32,000 bases of DNA, taken from assembly GCA_965219535.1 (NCBI GenBank), contig CBDCNV010000002.1, positions 1,110,001-1,142,000 of the forward strand. The letters run 5' to 3'. The DNA is from Opitutales bacterium (lineage in GTDB: Bacteria > Verrucomicrobiota > Verrucomicrobiia > Opitutales > PNEW01). Under the pieces are notes generated by a model that was given only the letters and a program-made list of their open reading frames with translations, was not told the origin of the DNA and made no database searches. Made by a program: the position numbers and the translations under genes. Below are positions 27,549-32,000 of the stretch, piece by piece; positions within the stretch are counted from its first letter, which is position 1, and every line of letters begins with the position of its first letter.

Positions 27549-28727
27549 GTGAGTGAGGAAACTGAAACAAAATCCGTTGGGGTGGGTGTCATTGGCTGTG
27601 GTGCAAGAATTCAAAAAATATTCACCAATATTCATAGTAAACATCCAGAGATTGAGGTGCGTGCTCTTTGCGATCCTCATCCTGAATCGATTGAAAATTA
27701 CCGTGCCTCCTTCAACCAAAACGCGAGGATTTATGAAAATTACAAGGAGCTGGTAGCTGATCCTGAAATTGACTGGGTTATGATTGGATCCTGGAACTGT
27801 TTCCACTGCGATCACGCGGAAGCCGCGCTCGAAGCGGGCAAACATGTGTTCTGTGAGAAACCACTCGCTATTTCACTGGAACAATGCCTGAAAATGAGAG
27901 AAGCATGGAAACGTAGTGGCCGACTGTTTTCGCTTGGATTTGTTCTACGTTATTCTCCCTTTTACCAGAAAGTCAGTGAACTCATTAAAAACGGCGCAGT
28001 GGGAAAAATTATCTCTTTTGAGTTTAACGAGACGATCGATTTTAATTTAGCTACCTTAATCCACGGTGGATGGCGTCGCTCTCGAGAAAACGCAGGCACC
28101 TTTATCCTTGAAAAATGTTGTCACGATCTTGATCTTGCCAATTGGTTCATCGGTAGTATTCCATCGCGGGTTGCCAGCTTCGGGGGGTTGGACATCTTTC
28201 GACCCGAAAACAATTACCTTGTCGATAGACTCGGTCATGACAGGGATGGCCGCAAGGCATACACTGTAAAGCCCGGTGTATACGCCAATCGAATTGATGA
28301 CCCTTTTACTAGAGATCAATCCATTGTCGATAACCAGGTCGCTATTCTGGAATACGCCAATGGCGTTCGCGGTACTTTTCACACCAATTGCCAGGCAGGT
28401 ATTCTTGAGCGAAGGTTCTATATTCTCGGTACTGAAGGTACAATACGCGCAGATATTATTAGCGGGCGCCTTGAAACACAGCGAGTCGGTTTTAACAAAC
28501 CACGCGAAGTTATAGAATTTCCCATCTCGGGAGGCCACTACGGTAGCGATCTATTTCTTGCTGCAAGCCTTGCTCAGTCAATCCATCACCAGAGTCAACC
28601 TATGGCTGGAATTGAAGAGGGTATAAAATCAGCAGTCACCGCCTTCGCTATTGACCAGGCGCTGGATGAAAAACGTATCGTTGAACTCACTCCTCTCTGG
28701 GATAAGGTGGGCATCTCTTGTTCTTAG
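27549..28727 (+). CDS. Gfo/Idh/MocA family oxidoreductase
   Basis: Rossmann motif VGVIGCGARIQ and the EKP motif (VFCEKPLA). The start is a GTG preceded by GGAGGA, one of the few SD-like sites in the window. Confidence 0.85.
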   Translation: MSEETETKSVGVGVIGCGARIQKIFTNIHSKHPEIEVRALCDPHPESIENYRASFNQNARIYENYKELVADPEIDWVMIGSWNCFHCDHAEAALEAGKHVFCEKPLAISLEQCLKMREAWKRSGRLFSLGFVLRYSPFYQKVSELIKNGAVGKIISFEFNETIDFNLATLIHGGWRRSRENAGTFILEKCCHDLDLANWFIGSIPSRVASFGGLDIFRPENNYLVDRLGHDRDGRKAYTVKPGVYANRIDDPFTRDQSIVDNQVAILEYANGVRGTFHTNCQAGILERRFYILGTEGTIRADIISGRLETQRVGFNKPREVIEFPISGGHYGSDLFLAASLAQSIHHQSQPMAGIEEGIKSAVTAFAIDQALDEKRIVELTPLWDKVGISCS

Positions 28728-28905
28728 ATTAAAGTGCAGGTTTCTCAGTCGGAATCATGTCTCTATAAGATAGAAACGCGCTGAATTATCTATTTCATTT
28801 TTTTCCTTCATTTTTCTCACTCTATGACGACTTACTCCTTTGCTTTCCCATTTGGAAATAAAGGTGAAAATAAATCTGAAAAATAAGGGGCCGTGTGTAT
28901 CTATT

Positions 28906-29208
28906 ATGCACGGTGTTCTGCCCGTATTTATTGTCTCAATGCTACACTTATCCGCTTCTACAACCGCGGAGACGGCAATAGAGCCGGTATCTACGGTTGA
29001 TTCAGCGACTACCCTAAAAGTCGCGCGATCAGTTAAAAGAGGACATTTCGGTGGATCAATTGGAGCCGGGGTTGGCGAATCGATGATACCTTTTTATGGT
29101 GAGCATACGGTTTTGGTTATAACCCCAGCGGATTTCGATGACTTACAAGTGGTAATTGCAGTAATTTTATTACCTAAGTTCCCGTTTATCATAGCGAGAA
29201 ATCCGTAA
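28906..29208 (+). CDS. Hypothetical small secreted protein (doubtful)
   Basis: It is the only ORF in a 520-bp convergent gap. The ATG at 28906 gives MHGVLPVFIVSMLHLSAS, which is signal-like. No family is recognisable and no clear RBS is present. Confidence 0.3.
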   Translation: MHGVLPVFIVSMLHLSASTTAETAIEPVSTVDSATTLKVARSVKRGHFGGSIGAGVGESMIPFYGEHTVLVITPADFDDLQVVIAVILLPKFPFIIARNP

Positions 29209-29249
29209 CTGTGGTTGACAAAGGGAATCAAGCTATAATCGCCACATGA

Positions 29250-29984
29250 TTATTTAATTCTAGACACATAGTCAGCGTGAGCTTTCTGGCGGTCGATATT
29301 AACTTTAGCGTCAACACCCTTATAGTTTAAGACAATTCCACGTCGATTAGCGTCTGTTTTATTGCTGCCACTGCGATGAGGAGTTAATATGTGATGTATC
29401 GTTGCGTCACCACGCTTTAAGAGTGCGGGAGTTTCTGGATATTTTTCTAAATCGAGAGGCGAAGTGAGACACTTGCTGAATAACGCTACATTAGTTTCGT
29501 AGTGAGGAAGGTCACCAAGCTCAAAGCTACCGCCGGAAAAGTAAACAGCTCCATTTTCGATCGTCGTATCATCCAGTGCGATCCATATTACGGCGCCATC
29601 TGCAGGTTCAAGATGAAGATAAGCATTATCTTGGTGGTATGGCGCAGGTGATCCAACGTTAGCTGATTTATAAAATACTTCAGAGGCAAGTGATTCTACT
29701 GAGGATCCGACGCAAGCTTCAATTAATTCATAATTTTCCGGGCGATTTAAGAGATCTTTAAATGGCTTACTATAGTCATCGGGTGCGGAGAGATGTTTAA
29801 TCGGTCCGTCGCGTTCTGCTTCGTAAAAGACATGGTTCTCGTCAAGTTTTGAAAGCTCTTCCCTGATGATCCGTTCTACTTCATAATCAAGCGCGTCAAT
29901 CTCAGTTGAGTTGAGAAAGCCATTGACGATTATAAATCCATCTTTTTTGAAACGATCGCTTAGCTCTTTGATATCATAGGTCAT
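29250..29984 (-). CDS. Phytanoyl-CoA dioxygenase (PhyH) family oxygenase, second copy
   Basis: FKKDGFIIVNGF N-terminus, the H-x-D motif in PYHQDNAYLH, and the distal His in HHILTPHRSGSN. Confidence 0.8.
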   Translation of the reverse strand: MTYDIKELSDRFKKDGFIIVNGFLNSTEIDALDYEVERIIREELSKLDENHVFYEAERDGPIKHLSAPDDYSKPFKDLLNRPENYELIEACVGSSVESLASEVFYKSANVGSPAPYHQDNAYLHLEPADGAVIWIALDDTTIENGAVYFSGGSFELGDLPHYETNVALFSKCLTSPLDLEKYPETPALLKRGDATIHHILTPHRSGSNKTDANRRGIVLNYKGVDAKVNIDRQKAHADYVSRIK

Positions 29985-30017
29985 TTTAAAACTCTTTTGA
30001 AATGAACGAGCACGTTT

Positions 30018-32000
30018 TCACAGACTATTTATTATTCTATCGTATATTTCCTTAATCGACAGCTTTCCGAGTTCTGATGGTGATAAACGGTTTTCGCTTA
30101 AAGGAGGGAGTTGTTTGATACGCTCGTTGAGCGCGGGGCTCCGATTTGCTTTAACTTCGTCAACACGGTCCACGGGTGTGAAAAACGGCGTTTTGTTTAG
30201 CGTCTCTGGGTAATCGCGGACCAGCTTTATAATCCACATTACCGCTTCAGAAAAACGATCGAGTTCATGTTTACTATAACTTTCGGTTGGTTCAATCATA
30301 AGCCCAAGCGTTTCCGGCCAGTTTACAGTCGGTGCATGAAAACCAAAGTCGAGAAATAATTTTCCAATACGGCTGATCGCAATGGCTTTGCTCAACCCGA
30401 TCGCTTCCAGTCGCGCAAAATCTTCATCTTCGAGAGTGAGGATAAATTCGTGCATGCGCGGCAGGTTTCGCGTGGACTGGGGGAGGGTTGGATAGTGGTG
30501 ACGCAGTATTTCATACAGATAACGTGAGGAGAGAACAGAGACTGCAGACATCCTTTTAACTCCTTCCTTACCCAGGCGCAGTAGATAAGCATAACAACGC
30601 ACCTTATGCGCATAGTTCCCCCAGTGTCGGTGAAACGAACCAATACTTGCCGAGGTTTTGACAGGCACAAATTGATTTCCCTTTTTTACGATCTGATAAC
30701 CCGGTAAATATTTCTCTAATTTTTCACTCACGGCAACGACTGCGTCTCCCGGGCCACCTCCCCCGTGAGGGATAGTCCAGGTTTTATGCAAATTCTGGTG
30801 CACCGCATCGACTCCTAGAGCGCTAAGATTTACCCAACCCGCTATAGCGTTCATGTTGGCTCCATCCATATAAACAAGCCCACCTGCATTGTGAATTTTA
30901 TCTGTGATTGCTTTAAACTCGGTTTCAAATAATCCACTCGTGTTGGGATTTGTAATCATTACAGCACTGATGCGCTCATGGTATTCGCTGAGCTTGAGAT
31001 CAAAGTCTTTCCCATCAATTAGACCGCTCTCGTCTGCCTCAAGATGAACAATACCAACATTCAGACCAGCTATTTTTTTATTTTCAAAGCCGGCCATTGC
31101 CGCAGTTGCAAAATTAGTGCCGTGTGCTGATTTAGGAATAAAAATGACATCCCGTTTCATATCCCCGTGGGCGCGGTGATAGGCTTGAATCATTTTTAAA
31201 CCCGTCAATTCCCCCTGAGCGCCAGCCACGGGCTGTGTTGTAACAGCTCGCAATCCAGTAATCGCCTTAAACCATTCCTGAATTTCATAAAGTAATTCCA
31301 AACAACCTTGAGAATCTTCAATCGGAGCTTGTGGGTGAGTGCTAATAAAGCCACTGAGGTTGGCCGCCCAGTCGTTAATATAGGGATTATATTTCATCGT
31401 GCATGAACCCAGAGGATAACAACTGTCGTCGGGGCTTACGTTCAGATCTCCGAGCTTCTGATAATAGCTTTTGATTTCCTCCAGAGGAATATCAGGCAAA
31501 CCTACTGCATTCTGACGTAATAATTTATCCGGAAGAGCGAAATCCTGACCGTCTCCCTCAATAGTTAAAAGTTCAGAAAATATATTATCCTTAAAAAAAG
31601 CTGCGAGTTTGGTGGTGTCCCGCTTTTTGTCTGAGAATGATAGCTTTAATAGATTTCGTCCACCAGCTACACGATCGGAAACATTGACACCAAGATGCAA
31701 TCCTGCACCGCGGCCTTTTTCGATAAGTTCAGGTATAGCGATGTGTAAATCGAGAATAAACTCATTAAAGAATGGCGCATGGGGAAAAGCATGGCGAACT
31801 CCCGGTATGGCCGTAAGCATTTTCAGAGTATCAACAGCCTGATCTCGCGCAAGGCGACAAGCCCGCTGCATACCTGATTCACCACGTGCCAGTATCGCGG
31901 CTCCCGCAAGAGTGGCAAGAAATGCTTGATTTGAACAGATATTGGAAGTGGCCTTGTCTTTGCGAATATGTTGCTCGCGAGTCGATAATACCATGACGCG
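30018..32000 (-). CDS. gcvP: Glycine dehydrogenase (decarboxylating), fused P-protein; the N-terminus lies outside the window
   Basis: TREQHIRKDKATSNICSNQAFLA (end of the alpha part), SAHGTN, and the PLP-lysine region HQNLHKTWTIPHGGGGPG. The frame stays open to base 32000, so the listed Met at 31994 is internal. Confidence 0.92.
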   Translation of the reverse strand, partial: RVMVLSTREQHIRKDKATSNICSNQAFLATLAGAAILARGESGMQRACRLARDQAVDTLKMLTAIPGVRHAFPHAPFFNEFILDLHIAIPELIEKGRGAGLHLGVNVSDRVAGGRNLLKLSFSDKKRDTTKLAAFFKDNIFSELLTIEGDGQDFALPDKLLRQNAVGLPDIPLEEIKSYYQKLGDLNVSPDDSCYPLGSCTMKYNPYINDWAANLSGFISTHPQAPIEDSQGCLELLYEIQEWFKAITGLRAVTTQPVAGAQGELTGLKMIQAYHRAHGDMKRDVIFIPKSAHGTNFATAAMAGFENKKIAGLNVGIVHLEADESGLIDGKDFDLKLSEYHERISAVMITNPNTSGLFETEFKAITDKIHNAGGLVYMDGANMNAIAGWVNLSALGVDAVHQNLHKTWTIPHGGGGPGDAVVAVSEKLEKYLPGYQIVKKGNQFVPVKTSASIGSFHRHWGNYAHKVRCYAYLLRLGKEGVKRMSAVSVLSSRYLYEILRHHYPTLPQSTRNLPRMHEFILTLEDEDFARLEAIGLSKAIAISRIGKLFLDFGFHAPTVNWPETLGLMIEPTESYSKHELDRFSEAVMWIIKLVRDYPETLNKTPFFTPVDRVDEVKANRSPALNERIKQLPPLSENRLSPSELGKLSIKEIYDRIINSL

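Noticed and set aside
1-32000. tRNA or rRNA genes, transposase or integrase genes, and known defense-system genes
   Set aside because: No T-loop GGTTCGAA-type motifs, rRNA-like sequence, or recombinase, nuclease or cas-like ORFs were seen. The scan was by eye only, so short or divergent RNAs could have been missed.

Overview
This 32-kb chromosomal window has mid-range GC and is dominated by housekeeping and metabolic genes. All family calls come from motifs read by eye; no searches were run.

Gene content, left to right:
- the 3' end of a large surface protein
- FKBP PPIase, TenA and a TlpA-like thioredoxin
- a tight 4-gene minus-strand sugar operon: Gfo/Idh/MocA, TIM-barrel isomerase, alpha/beta hydrolase, Rpe-like epimerase
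- a plus-strand cstA module: CstA, an 89-aa protein ending in -RCC, an ArsA/Get3-like ATPase and a DUF4336-like protein
- metH and guaB
- menC-menE
- a DegT-type aminotransferase
- a four-helix-bundle (23S-IVS-type) protein
- ybbP/ybbA-like ABC transporter genes divergent from a tesA-like SGNH hydrolase
- two PhyH dioxygenases plus a second Gfo/Idh/MocA gene
- the 3' two-thirds of a fused gcvP

Most genes lack a Shine-Dalgarno sequence. The gene content (many Gfo/Idh/MocA, PhyH and TIM-barrel genes) resembles marine PVC-type or Bacteroidota-type heterotrophs, but the taxon cannot be fixed from the sequence. I saw no tRNA, rRNA, CRISPR, transposase or integrase.

The unusual part is non-coding. 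A 1.9-kb gene-poor convergent spacer (20828-22736) holds two copies of a structured terminator-ended RNA-like unit that differ by compensatory stem changes. It also holds an array of hairpin modules built on CTTCGTC/GACGAAG heptads around the four-helix-bundle ORF, and a 25-bp near-perfect hairpin. Two further ORF-less long palindromic elements lie at 6978-7111 and 19062-19325. The cstA / -RCC small protein / ArsA-like ATPase module is the most interesting protein-level candidate for an uncharacterised system.
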